Positions 29,159 through 38,921 of a stretch of 64,000 nucleotides of DNA are shown here, in pieces; position 1 is the first letter of the stretch, and every line of letters starts with the position of its first letter. Source of the stretch: an uncultured bacterium (GTDB lineage Bacteria; Edwardsbacteria; AC1; EtOH8); contig CAZPNX010000001.1 in assembly GCA_964588285.1 (NCBI GenBank), positions 143-64,142 of the forward strand, in the 5' to 3' direction. The notes beneath the pieces were generated by a model, which saw nothing but the letters and a program-made list of their open reading frames with translations, searched no databases and was not told the origin of the DNA. The translations under genes were made by a program, and so were the position numbers.

Positions 29159-32100
29159 ATGCCTAAAAGTAGGCTCAAGATAATTAAGGCTGCCGCCGGG
29201 CTGCTTTTGCTATTGCTGGCGGGAAAGCTGGAGGCCCAGGGCTTTGGGGCCATGGATTCCCTGGCCGGGACAGTGGCCGGCCGCGACCTGCAGATGCCCG
29301 CCACCACTGTTCAGTACGATCCCGACCTCGACCTCTGGCTGGAGCAGGAACTGGCCCAGGGCATCGTCTTTGATCTGCGCTACCGCACCTTTGATGGTCA
29401 ATGGCAGAGGCGGAGGGAGGAATCGTTGGAATCCCTGACCAGGGCCAGCCGCTACGATTTTCTCTCCAAACCGGCCGAAGCCAGGACCGGCGAAGGGCTG
29501 ATCCCGGATATCTCGGTGCCTCTGCCGGGGCTGGACAAAGTGCTGGGGGCCGGGGCCCAGGTCAAGATCAACGGCAATCAGAAGATCTCGGTGGGCGGCG
29601 AGCAGACGGTCTATCCCAACAGCAAGAGCACCTCGGAGCTGGAGAGGGCCCGAAGCAATTTCGACCTGAAGATCAAGCAGGAGCAGCGCATCAACTTGGA
29701 GGGGGTTATCGGCGACCGTGTCCACGTGCTCATCGACCACGACAGCCAGGCCGATATCGACAAAAAAAGCAAGGTGCGGCTGCGCTACGAGGGCAAGGAG
29801 GACGAAATCATAGAAAGCCTGGAGGCCGGGGACACCGAGTTCTCCATCCAGGGCTCCTCTCTGGTGGGCGGCCTGACCACGGTCCACAAGGGCCTGTTCG
29901 GCATAAAGGGGGTGGCCCGGCTGGGGGGACTGGAGCTTTCGGCCATCGCCAGCAAGGACGAGGGCCAGAGCCAAAGCGAAAGCTATACCGGCCAGAGCCA
30001 GAAGGACAGTTTCGCTTTGCGCGATTACGAGTTCATCAACTATCGATTCTATCGTCTGCCCCTGGCCCAGGGCGACTCCATCATGGACCTGCGGGTCTAC
30101 GTCAACGACAACACCCAGACCAGCCAGGCCATCAATGCCTGGCTCCTGGACCACAGCTGGCGGGACTTCGGCTATGACCCCAGCCGGGTTGACACCCTCT
30201 ACGGCAGCCTGACCCAGATCATGCTTAAGGAGAACCTTACCGACTACGTGCTGGATGACCGCCGCAACGGGATTCTGTACACCCGGCACAGCCTGGACCG
30301 CAGCCACATCATGGCGGTGGCCATGAAGGTCTACAATCCGGGATACGGCGTCCGCTACTATCCGGATTCCACCGCCTTCTATCCCGGAGTCTTCATCAAC
30401 CCCAACCTGGCGGTGATGAAGCGAAGCAACCCCCAGCCTCCGGACAGCATCAACGGCTACAGCTGGCTCTATCAGGAGCGGCGTTTCTACGACCTGCGCA
30501 AGCCGCAGATTATCCAGTCCAGCCTCAAGATCAGGATCTACAAGGACACCGGGGAGAATGTGTTGTTGGAGCGCGACACCCTGATGCCGGGCCGGCCGAC
30601 CTTCATCCACCGGCTGGGGCTGGACCGTGACGACAACGGCGAAATCGACCCCGATTTCCTCCGCCTGGGCGACGAGGGTTTCTTCTATTTCCCCTATAGC
30701 GAACCGTTCGCCATGGACAGTCTGCTTACGGATCCCAACACCGTCATCTACCGCAAGGTTGACCCCGAGCCCAGCGACTCCAAATACCGGGTGGTGATAA
30801 CCTTCCTGACGTCCACCGCCATTTTCAACCTGAGGGCGCCGGGCCGCATCATCGAGGGCAGCGTCAAAGTCTATGTCGGCGGACAGCTGCTGCCAGAGAG
30901 CGATTACCAAATGGACTACGACACGGGATTGATTACCTTTACCGCGGCGGCTTCGGACCGCATCAACCGGCCGGACGTCCAACTGAAGATAGACTATCAA
31001 TACTATCCCATCTTCGCCTTAGGATCCAAGACTCTGGCCGGGGTCCGCGGCCTCTACAAGTTCAACGAATCGTCCCAGCTGGGGGCCACCTGGATGTACC
31101 GCAGCGAACGGACGCCCGAGGACAAGCCGCGCTTGGGCGAAGAGCCGCGGCGCATCATCGTAGCCGGAGTTGACGGAAGTTTTACAGCCAAGCCCGAGCT
31201 GATGACCAGGTTGGCCGATGCCCTACCCGGAGTCGAGACAGAAGCCCCCTCCCGGATGAGCTTTTCTGGCGAGGCGGCCGCCAATTTTCCCAACCCCAAC
31301 ACCAAGGGTCAGGTCTATATAGATGACATGGACGGGGCCAAGCTTTCCGACGAGTTCACCCTGTCGCGGCTCAATTGGGCCCGCTCCAGCGTTCCGACCG
31401 GCAAGCAGGCGTCCCAGCTGGCCCGGACCTTCTATTGGTACAACCCCCGCAACCGGGTTACCATGGGCGAGCTCAACCCCAACCTAACCGACCCGGCCGA
31501 ACGCTCCCAGCAGCTGACCACCCTCAAGATGCACTTAGTGCCGGACACGGCCGCCGGGCCGGCCGATTCCTCTTGGGCCGGGATCACCACAGTCCTCAGC
31601 AAGACGGGTTTGGATCTCACGGAGCGCCGGCTGCTGAATGTTTGGGTGAGGTCGATACGGAGCGATCAGCCGACGGCCGGCCAGGGAAAGCTGCATATCG
31701 ACATCGGCAAGAGCATCCACGAGGACCAGGCCCGGCGCAACGCAGCCGGTCTGCTGGTGGGGCCCAACGATTCGGTGAACGGAGAGCCTCTGAGCGCCGC
31801 CGGGGAGCAGGTGACCACCGACGCCAACGATATCGGCATCGACGGCTTCGCCAACGGCAGCCCCTACGATGACGGCAGCGACGACTTCAACCGGGACGAC
31901 TCCACCCGGATGAACGGCACCGAGGGCAACGGCTACTACGACACCGAGGACCTGCTGTTGACCGGCAAGCCGCTGGGGACGCCCTACGGCACCCCTCAGA
32001 ACAACTACCACACCTTCAGCTTCGATCTTTCCGGCGGCTCGGGTTGGCAGAAACTGACGATCGCCTTGGACAGCGCCCGGCAGGTGGGCAACATCGCCCG

Positions 32101-34780
32101 GAACGAATGGAACAATCTGGTCTACGCCCGGGTCTGGATGGACGGGCTGTCGGCGCCGGGCGACATAGAATTGGCCATGGTCGAGGTCACCGGCAACCGC
32201 TGGCTTTCCCAGGGGGTGGCCACCGAGGACACGGCCAATCCGGTGGATCCGCAATCCGAACGTTTTGACATCAGCGTCAAGAACAACCGGGACGACGCCG
32301 ACTATTCCCAGAATCCGCCTTACACCCCGGACAAAGACGAACAGGGCCGGGTCAAATTCGAGCAGAGCCTGGTGTACAAGATCGCCTCCCTGGACTCGGG
32401 ACATACGGTCAGCGCCAGGAGGAGCCTAAGGGAGGGCGAGAACAACTACACCGGCTACCGTACCATGAGGCTCTACGTCCGCAACCACGGCCGGGCGGTG
32501 CGGGGCTCGTTCTTCGTCAGGCTGATAGCCAGCGACAGCAACAGCTACTATGAATACCGGGAGCCGTTGACCGGCTATTGGCGGGACGTGGGCATCGAGC
32601 TCGACCGTTTCAGCGATCTTAAAAAGCTGCCCCGGGATTCCGGCCAGATCTTTGTCCGACAGGGCAATTACAGCATGCGGGGCCGCCCCAACCTTACCCA
32701 GCTATCGCGCATCGCCCTGGGAGCCTATGTCGATGAAAACGTCGCCACCGGGGACAACGTCGAGGTTTGGTTCGACGACCTGCGGCTGGACGACGTTCGT
32801 CGCGACGGAGGCGCCGCCATGATCACCCGGCTGGACCTGGGCTTCGCCGATCTGCTAGATGTCAACCTGAGCTACAACGACCGGAGCAGCCATTTCTATC
32901 GGATCGATGAGAGGCCGCCGACTTCGGGCAGCCGCAGCCAGGCCTTTGGGGCCAGCGGCACCATCAGGCTTCATAAGTTTTTCCTGGAGAAGCTGGGGCT
33001 GACCCTGCCGCTAACCTACCGTTATGCCGCCAGCAACACCTATCCCGAATTCGGCCGGGACGATATCCGTTTGAACAAGGAGGAGAGCCGGGAGGAAGCG
33101 ACGCGCCGCCGGGAATTGGGCTTTGGGGCCGGCATCAGCAAAAGCCTGTCCAAGTATTGGCTGACCAACCTGACGGTGGACCGTCTGTCTCCCTCTGTCA
33201 GCTGGAGCCGGAACACCGGACGGGATCCCAATTCGGCCGACAGCAACACCACCCTCACCATGGCTTTGGGCTACCGTTGGTCCCCGGCGACTCGGAGGGA
33301 GCTCAAGGTATTCCGGGGTTGGAAACTTTCCTACCTGCCCTCCAACCTCTCTTGGGACTGGAATAGCTCACAAACCAGGATATGGCGCTGGGACAAGCTG
33401 GCCAATGTGGTGAGCACTGTCGGCAGCGGCCGGACCCGCACTGCCCAAGGCCAGTTCGGCTGGCAGCCGGTGGAGCAGCTGACCTACAGTTTTGGCACCC
33501 AGCGCAACCTGCTGCAGAAAAGGATGGCCGGCCATCTGGCCCAGAGGCTGGGGCTGGGTTCGGAGGTGGGCCGCAATCAGAGTATAGATTACCGCACCAA
33601 CGTCAAATGGCTGAAGGTGGTTCAACCCACCGTCTCCTACACCGTCCGGTACAACGAGAGCCACCAGATGTACGGAGGCCAGGCCGGCGCCGACTCGGTG
33701 GACGTTATGGCCACCACCAACTCCAACAGCTTTTCCTCATCGGCCGGATTGGGCCTGGGCAAATGGATGTCCTTCTTGACCGGGCTGCGAAACGAGAAGC
33801 ACGACACCTCGGCCGAAGCCGGCAGTCCCAGGTGGGCGGTGATCCAGTTGGAGAAGTTCTTCAAGAGATGGAACGGAGTCTCGCTGGAATTTTCCCAGAC
33901 CAAGTCCAGCCAGACTTCGGGACTGTTGAGCCGGCCCGGATTTCTCTATCAGATCGGATGGCAAAGGGATCCTTCAGGCATCGCCCGCTACCGGCAGGCC
34001 GGCTCGGATCAGAGCAGTTTGGGCAACAACTATTCGGCCACCACCCAGGCGTCTATGGGAAGGATAAGCCTGGACCTGGCCTGGAGGCTGGGCGATGAAT
34101 GGAGGTGGTCGGGAGGCGTCACCAGCAGCCGCCGAAGCTTGACCTGGCCGGACGTCAGGGCCACCATGGGGTCTCTGGAGAGGCTGGGTTTTTGGAGGAA
34201 GGCCATGTCCAGCTCCAGCCTGACCGCCAACTACAGCCTGACCGCCGACAGCAGCTGGCAGCAGGACCGCGGATTTTTAAGCAAGGGCCAAAGGCAGAGG
34301 ATAGGAGCCGCCTGGAACGGCCGCTGGAAGAACCAAATCAACTCAGACCTGTCGGCCGATTATTCGCTGGAGGAAACCCGCGAGCCCAACCAGAACTATC
34401 CCGACGGCATCTTCCACAAGGTGACCTCCAGCCGCAAGCTTTCCACTTCGCTCTCCTATGCTTTCAGCGCCCCCAAGGGACTGGTGCTGAATTTTGGCAA
34501 GCTGGGTAAGCGACGCTTTAGATTCACAAGCTCCTTGAGCATGTCGCTGCGGGCCGAGTACACCGAGCGCGAGGAGAAAAGCAACTCGGTCGCCTCCAGG
34601 GATCTGGTGCCGTCGCGGCGTAGCCAGGAACTTTCTGTAGCCCCCAGCGCCAGCTACAATTTCTCCCGCAGCATTACCGGAAACCTGGCTATGGAGTACG
34701 CCTTCAACAAAGACAGGATCTCCTCGGTCAACAATTGGCGCCGCTATAGCCTTAACGCCGCGGTGGATATCAAGTTCTGA
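29159..34780 (+). CDS. giant (1873 aa) secreted outer-membrane protein; predicted very large beta-barrel (SprA-like?)
   Basis: Sec signal peptide 'MPKSRLKIIKAAAGLLLLLLAGKLEAQG'. Long C-terminal region of alternating-polarity beta-strand patterns rich in W/Y/S/R/N. C-terminus 'LNAAVDIKF' matches the OMP beta-signal (terminal Phe). No secretin motif seen. Confidence 0.8.
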   Translation: MPKSRLKIIKAAAGLLLLLLAGKLEAQGFGAMDSLAGTVAGRDLQMPATTVQYDPDLDLWLEQELAQGIVFDLRYRTFDGQWQRRREESLESLTRASRYDFLSKPAEARTGEGLIPDISVPLPGLDKVLGAGAQVKINGNQKISVGGEQTVYPNSKSTSELERARSNFDLKIKQEQRINLEGVIGDRVHVLIDHDSQADIDKKSKVRLRYEGKEDEIIESLEAGDTEFSIQGSSLVGGLTTVHKGLFGIKGVARLGGLELSAIASKDEGQSQSESYTGQSQKDSFALRDYEFINYRFYRLPLAQGDSIMDLRVYVNDNTQTSQAINAWLLDHSWRDFGYDPSRVDTLYGSLTQIMLKENLTDYVLDDRRNGILYTRHSLDRSHIMAVAMKVYNPGYGVRYYPDSTAFYPGVFINPNLAVMKRSNPQPPDSINGYSWLYQERRFYDLRKPQIIQSSLKIRIYKDTGENVLLERDTLMPGRPTFIHRLGLDRDDNGEIDPDFLRLGDEGFFYFPYSEPFAMDSLLTDPNTVIYRKVDPEPSDSKYRVVITFLTSTAIFNLRAPGRIIEGSVKVYVGGQLLPESDYQMDYDTGLITFTAAASDRINRPDVQLKIDYQYYPIFALGSKTLAGVRGLYKFNESSQLGATWMYRSERTPEDKPRLGEEPRRIIVAGVDGSFTAKPELMTRLADALPGVETEAPSRMSFSGEAAANFPNPNTKGQVYIDDMDGAKLSDEFTLSRLNWARSSVPTGKQASQLARTFYWYNPRNRVTMGELNPNLTDPAERSQQLTTLKMHLVPDTAAGPADSSWAGITTVLSKTGLDLTERRLLNVWVRSIRSDQPTAGQGKLHIDIGKSIHEDQARRNAAGLLVGPNDSVNGEPLSAAGEQVTTDANDIGIDGFANGSPYDDGSDDFNRDDSTRMNGTEGNGYYDTEDLLLTGKPLGTPYGTPQNNYHTFSFDLSGGSGWQKLTIALDSARQVGNIARNEWNNLVYARVWMDGLSAPGDIELAMVEVTGNRWLSQGVATEDTANPVDPQSERFDISVKNNRDDADYSQNPPYTPDKDEQGRVKFEQSLVYKIASLDSGHTVSARRSLREGENNYTGYRTMRLYVRNHGRAVRGSFFVRLIASDSNSYYEYREPLTGYWRDVGIELDRFSDLKKLPRDSGQIFVRQGNYSMRGRPNLTQLSRIALGAYVDENVATGDNVEVWFDDLRLDDVRRDGGAAMITRLDLGFADLLDVNLSYNDRSSHFYRIDERPPTSGSRSQAFGASGTIRLHKFFLEKLGLTLPLTYRYAASNTYPEFGRDDIRLNKEESREEATRRRELGFGAGISKSLSKYWLTNLTVDRLSPSVSWSRNTGRDPNSADSNTTLTMALGYRWSPATRRELKVFRGWKLSYLPSNLSWDWNSSQTRIWRWDKLANVVSTVGSGRTRTAQGQFGWQPVEQLTYSFGTQRNLLQKRMAGHLAQRLGLGSEVGRNQSIDYRTNVKWLKVVQPTVSYTVRYNESHQMYGGQAGADSVDVMATTNSNSFSSSAGLGLGKWMSFLTGLRNEKHDTSAEAGSPRWAVIQLEKFFKRWNGVSLEFSQTKSSQTSGLLSRPGFLYQIGWQRDPSGIARYRQAGSDQSSLGNNYSATTQASMGRISLDLAWRLGDEWRWSGGVTSSRRSLTWPDVRATMGSLERLGFWRKAMSSSSLTANYSLTADSSWQQDRGFLSKGQRQRIGAAWNGRWKNQINSDLSADYSLEETREPNQNYPDGIFHKVTSSRKLSTSLSYAFSAPKGLVLNFGKLGKRRFRFTSSLSMSLRAEYTEREEKSNSVASRDLVPSRRSQELSVAPSASYNFSRSITGNLAMEYAFNKDRISSVNNWRRYSLNAAVDIKF

Positions 34781-34855
34781 TCGCAGAAGACCCCGGCCTG
34801 CAAATCGGCGGCTCCAGGGATGCTTGAAAAGAGCACAACTTAGGATGGTTTTTTA

Positions 34856-35299
34856 ATGCTGGGATTAACCAAGGACGAAAAGCTGGTCATCGTTTTCCTC
34901 AGCATCAGCCTGGCGGCGGGGAGCTTGTTGTTGCTCTATAAAAGATTTCACCCCTCCTTCGCTACCGGACTACTCCGGTCGGACAAAGTTCTGCCGGCTC
35001 CGCTTACGGATACACTGTTTTCAGAGGCATCAGATTCCCTGCTTTCCCAGGAACCGGCCGCTGTCCGGACGGAAAAAATTGGTCCCGCCCGGGTTCCCTT
35101 GGCTCCGGTAAACATCAACACTGCCGGCCAAAAGACACTGGAAGCCCTGCCGCATATCGGCCCCTCAATGGCCAAGAGGATCATCGAGTACCGCAGCGCC
35201 TCGGGCGGATTTACCAACATCGAGCAACTGGGAAGGGTCAAAGGCATCGGCCCCAAGCGTCTGGAACAGCTCAGGCAGCATGTGACGGTTGACAGATGA
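34856..35299 (+). CDS. comEA: ComEA-family competence protein (membrane-anchored helix-hairpin-helix DNA-binding protein)
   Basis: N-terminal TM 'LVIVFLSISLAAGSLLLLY'; C-terminal tandem HhH 'ININTAGQKTLEALPHIGPSMAKRIIEYR...GFTNIEQLGRVKGIGPKRLEQL'. Confidence 0.8.
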   Translation: MLGLTKDEKLVIVFLSISLAAGSLLLLYKRFHPSFATGLLRSDKVLPAPLTDTLFSEASDSLLSQEPAAVRTEKIGPARVPLAPVNINTAGQKTLEALPHIGPSMAKRIIEYRSASGGFTNIEQLGRVKGIGPKRLEQLRQHVTVDR

Positions 35300-35355
35300 C
35301 GGCCGGAGGACAAAGTTTGACCGCCGGCCTTTATATTCCGGGCTTAGTTTTTTTC

Positions 35356-35384
35356 TTGACAAGCTCGGCTGGGTGTGATATAGT
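35356..35384 (+). promoter_or_regulatory. sigma-70 consensus promoter for the pilB operon
   Basis: TTGACA (35356-35361), 17-nt spacer, TGaTATAGT extended -10 (35376-35384), then SD 'AAGGGGAGGA' and ATG at 35408. Preceded by a GGCCGG...CCGGCC hairpin after comEA. Confidence 0.55.
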
Positions 35385-35407
35385 AAAATCAAGGGGAGGA
35401 AAGGTTT

Positions 35408-37102
35408 ATGGCGTTGAAACTCGGCGATTTCCTGGTTCAGAATAAGCTGATCACCAATGATCAGTTAAATGCCGCTTTGGCCGAGCAGAAGAACTCCGGC
35501 GAGCGACTGGGCTCCTGCCTGATCAAGCTGAAGTTCATCTCCGAGGAAAAGATCACCGAGGCTCTGGGCAAGCAGTTCAACCTGCCCACGATCAACCTCT
35601 CCAATATTGAGATCGATCCCCAGATACTGAAGCTGATACCGCACGAGATGGCTCACAAGTTCCAGATCGTCCCCATATCCAAGACCGGCCGCGTTCTGCA
35701 GCTGGCCATGTCCAACCCAGCCGACGTCTTTACCATCGACAACATCCAGTTTCTTACCGGACTGGAGGTAAAACCGGTGGTCTGCGCCGAGACCGCCATT
35801 GCCCGGGCGGTGGACAAGCTCTACGCCGCCTCAACCGGCCTGACCGAGGCCATGAAGGCGGTGCAGGAGGAGGAGGCCGCCGAGGTGGAGTTCGTGGAGA
35901 GGGAGGCCGAGCAGAACGTCACCCAGGCCGACATCGACGCCGCCCCGGTGGTCAAGCTGGTCAACAGCATGATCTTTGACGCCATCAAGCGGGGAGCCTC
36001 GGACATCCACATCGAGCCCTACGAGAAGGTGCTGCGGGTGCGCTTCCGCATCGACGGGGTTCTTCAGGAGACCATGTCGCCTCCAAAGCGCATTGCGGCC
36101 GCGGTAGCCTCGCGCATCAAGGTGCTCTCCAAGCTCAATCTGACCGAGCGCCGCCTGCCCCAGGACGGACGCTTCTCGGTCAAATCCGGCGACCAGAACG
36201 TCGACTTCCGCGTCTCCACCATGCCCATCAAGCACGGGGAGAAAATCTGCATCCGCATCCTGCGGCAGTCCGGCCTGTCCGGGGACCTTAACAAGCTGGG
36301 CCTTCAAGGCAAACCGCTGGAAGACCTTCTCAGTGCCATTGCCAAACCTCAGGGCATGGTGCTGATCACCGGACCCACCGGTTCGGGCAAGACCAACACC
36401 CTCTACTCCTGCATCAGCCGGCTGAACACGCCCAAGGTCAACATCAGCACCGCCGAGGATCCGGTGGAATACGACATCATGGGCATCAACCAGGTAAACG
36501 TTCAGACCGAGATCGGCTACACCTTCGCTAAGGCGCTCAAGGCCTTTCTGAGGCAGGATCCCAACATCATCCTGGTGGGCGAGATCCGGGACCGGGAGAC
36601 CGGCCAGATCGCCATGGAGGCGGCCATGACCGGCCACATGGTGCTTTCCACCCTGCACACCAACGACGCCCCCAGCACCCTGAACCGCCTGATCGAGATG
36701 GAGATCCCCACCTTCCTGATCGCGGCCACGGTCATCCTGATCGAGGCCCAGCGGCTGGTGCGCACCATCTGCCCCCACTGCAAGCAGCCTGACAAGCTGA
36801 GCCCGGACGACATCGCCAAGATGGGGGTGGACCCCCAGCTTTTGGCCGGAGCCACCCTCTACAAGGGGGCCGGCTGCATGGAATGCAACCGCACCGGCTA
36901 CAAGGGCCGGGTGGGCCTGTTCGAGATCCTGCCGGTGACCCCGGCCATCCGGGCGGCCATTTTGGCCAAGGCCACCTCGGACGAGATTAGAAAGATCGCG
37001 GTCAGGGAGGGGGTGAAGCTGTTGCGCGAAGACGGACTGGACAAGGTGCGGGCCGGGATCACCACCCTGGAGGCGGTCATCGCCAAGACGGTGGTCGACT
37101 GA
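35408..37102 (+). CDS. pilB: type IV pilus assembly ATPase PilB/GspE family (paralogue 1) with MshEN-type N-domain
   Basis: Walker A 'GPTGSGKT', Asp box, His box, tetracysteine 'CPHC...CMEC'. N-domain repeats 'KLGDFLVQNKLITNDQLNAALAEQ' and 'RLGSCLIKLKFISEEKITEALGKQ' match the 24-residue c-di-GMP-binding MshEN motif. Confidence 0.9.
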   Translation: MALKLGDFLVQNKLITNDQLNAALAEQKNSGERLGSCLIKLKFISEEKITEALGKQFNLPTINLSNIEIDPQILKLIPHEMAHKFQIVPISKTGRVLQLAMSNPADVFTIDNIQFLTGLEVKPVVCAETAIARAVDKLYAASTGLTEAMKAVQEEEAAEVEFVEREAEQNVTQADIDAAPVVKLVNSMIFDAIKRGASDIHIEPYEKVLRVRFRIDGVLQETMSPPKRIAAAVASRIKVLSKLNLTERRLPQDGRFSVKSGDQNVDFRVSTMPIKHGEKICIRILRQSGLSGDLNKLGLQGKPLEDLLSAIAKPQGMVLITGPTGSGKTNTLYSCISRLNTPKVNISTAEDPVEYDIMGINQVNVQTEIGYTFAKALKAFLRQDPNIILVGEIRDRETGQIAMEAAMTGHMVLSTLHTNDAPSTLNRLIEMEIPTFLIAATVILIEAQRLVRTICPHCKQPDKLSPDDIAKMGVDPQLLAGATLYKGAGCMECNRTGYKGRVGLFEILPVTPAIRAAILAKATSDEIRKIAVREGVKLLREDGLDKVRAGITTLEAVIAKTVVD

Positions 37103-37142
37103 ACTGGGTTGCTGAACTATAATAATATAGCAAAATAGGTAG

Positions 37143-38867
37143 ATGGCACTCAAGATAGGCGACATGCTGCTCAAGGCCGGTCTGATTTCCGGCGAGCAGC
37201 TGGACAAGGCCCTCAAGGAGCAGCAAAACACCAGCGGCCGGCTGGGATCCATCCTGGTGAAGCTGGGCTTCATCACCGAGGACGAGATCGTCCAGTTCCT
37301 CTCCAAACAGTTCAACGTGCCCTCGGTCAACCTGTCGGAGTACAAGATAGACGCCGCCACCATCAAGCTGATCCCTCCCCACATCGCCCAGAAGTACGGG
37401 GTCATCCCCCTGACTCGGCTGGGCCGGGTGATCACCGTGGCCATGGTCAATCCCAACGACGTTCTGGCCATGGACGACATCAAGTTCTCCACCGGCTTCG
37501 ACGTCCGGCCGGTGGTGGCCTCGGAGGGAGCCATCTGGTCGGCCATCGACAAGCAATACGGGTCGGCCGGAATGCTGGAGGACATGATGAAGTCATTGGA
37601 CGAGGCCATGGAGTCCGAGGACGAAGCGGGGCTGGAGGTGCTGGAGGAGGAGAAGGAGGACCAGAACGACGCCGCCTCGGAGATGGCGGCCGCCATCGAG
37701 AACAGCCCGGCCGCCAAGCTGGTCAACAAGCTGATAGCCGAGGCGGTGCAGCGCAGGGCCACCGACATCCACATCGAACCCTATGAGAAGGAGATGAGGG
37801 TGCGGATGTCGGTGGACGGGGTGCTCCACGAGATCATGAACCCACCGCTGAAGATGAAATCGTCGCTGGTGGCCCGCACCAAGATCATCTCCAAGCTCAA
37901 GGTGGAGGAAAAGCGCCTGCCCCAGGACGGCCGCATCCGGATGGTGCTTCAGGGCAAACCCATCGACATCCGGGTGTCCATCGTCCCCACCGCCTTCGGG
38001 GAGAAGGTGGCCATGCGCATCCTGGACCGGAGCAACGTCTCCTTCGACTTCAAGGACCTGGGGTTCGAGGAGGGTCCGCTGAAGCACCTGATCAAGGCCA
38101 TCACCACCCCCTTCGGCATCGTGCTGGTGACCGGCCCCACCGGCTGCGGCAAGACCACCACTCTCTACGCCTGTCTGGAGTACGTCAACAAGCCGGACAC
38201 CAACGTCATGACGGCCGAGGAGCCGGTGGAATACAGCTTGGTGGGAATCAACCAGGTCCCGGTCAAGGAGGAGGGGGGCACCACCTTCGCCGCCGCCCTC
38301 AAGGCCTTCCTGCGGCAGGACCCAAACATCATCATGGTGGGCGAGATCCGGGACAAGGAGACGGCCGAGATCGCCATCCGCTCCTCTCTCACCGGCCACC
38401 TGGTGATGTCCACCGTCCACACCAACAGCGCCGCCCTGACCATCACCCGTCTGGTGGACATGGGGGTCGAGCCTTTCATGATCGCCTCGTCCCTGCTGTG
38501 CGTCGAATCGCAGCGTCTGGTGCGGAGGATCTGCCCCTACTGCAAGGAAGAGCACCGGCCGGACGAGAAGCTGACGGCCGAGTTTTTAGGCAAGCACGTG
38601 GACATGCGCAGCATGAAGTTCTACCGGGGGAGGGGCTGCGCCGAGTGCCGCAACACCGGCTACAAGGGGCGGCTGGGGCTCTACGAGATCCTGCCCATCA
38701 CTCCGGCCATCAGGGACCTGATCCTGCAGAGCGCCACCACCGAAATCATCGAGAAAAAGGCGGTGGAGGAGGGCATGCCCACTCTGCGGCGCGACGGCAT
38801 CCTCAAGGTCTCCAAGGGTCTGACCACCATCGAGGAAGTCATCAAGGAAACCGTGGCCGAGGACTAG
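37143..38867 (+). CDS. pilB: PilB/GspE-family ATPase (paralogue 2) with MshEN-type N-domain
   Basis: '[10 protein letters not shown]', 'CPYC...CAEC'. N-domain '[24 protein letters not shown]' / '[24 protein letters not shown]'. Confidence 0.9.
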   Translation: MALKIGDMLLKAGLISGEQLDKALKEQQNTSGRLGSILVKLGFITEDEIVQFLSKQFNVPSVNLSEYKIDAATIKLIPPHIAQKYGVIPLTRLGRVITVAMVNPNDVLAMDDIKFSTGFDVRPVVASEGAIWSAIDKQYGSAGMLEDMMKSLDEAMESEDEAGLEVLEEEKEDQNDAASEMAAAIENSPAAKLVNKLIAEAVQRRATDIHIEPYEKEMRVRMSVDGVLHEIMNPPLKMKSSLVARTKIISKLKVEEKRLPQDGRIRMVLQGKPIDIRVSIVPTAFGEKVAMRILDRSNVSFDFKDLGFEEGPLKHLIKAITTPFGIVLVTGPTGCGKTTTLYACLEYVNKPDTNVMTAEEPVEYSLVGINQVPVKEEGGTTFAAALKAFLRQDPNIIMVGEIRDKETAEIAIRSSLTGHLVMSTVHTNSAALTITRLVDMGVEPFMIASSLLCVESQRLVRRICPYCKEEHRPDEKLTAEFLGKHVDMRSMKFYRGRGCAECRNTGYKGRLGLYEILPITPAIRDLILQSATTEIIEKKAVEEGMPTLRRDGILKVSKGLTTIEEVIKETVAED

Positions 38868-38921
38868 GATTTCGCGACCACTTGTCACCAAAAAATTGAT
38901 CATTCTTTGCAAGATTAGATA

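Noticed and set aside
29159-34780. Giant ORF as a PilQ/GspD secretin
   Set aside because: No secretin C-domain signature (e.g. the Gly/Pro-rich 'VP.L..IP..G.LF' region) and no N0/N1 domain pattern recognisable. The size and the C-terminal aromatic beta-signal point to a classical beta-barrel OMP instead.
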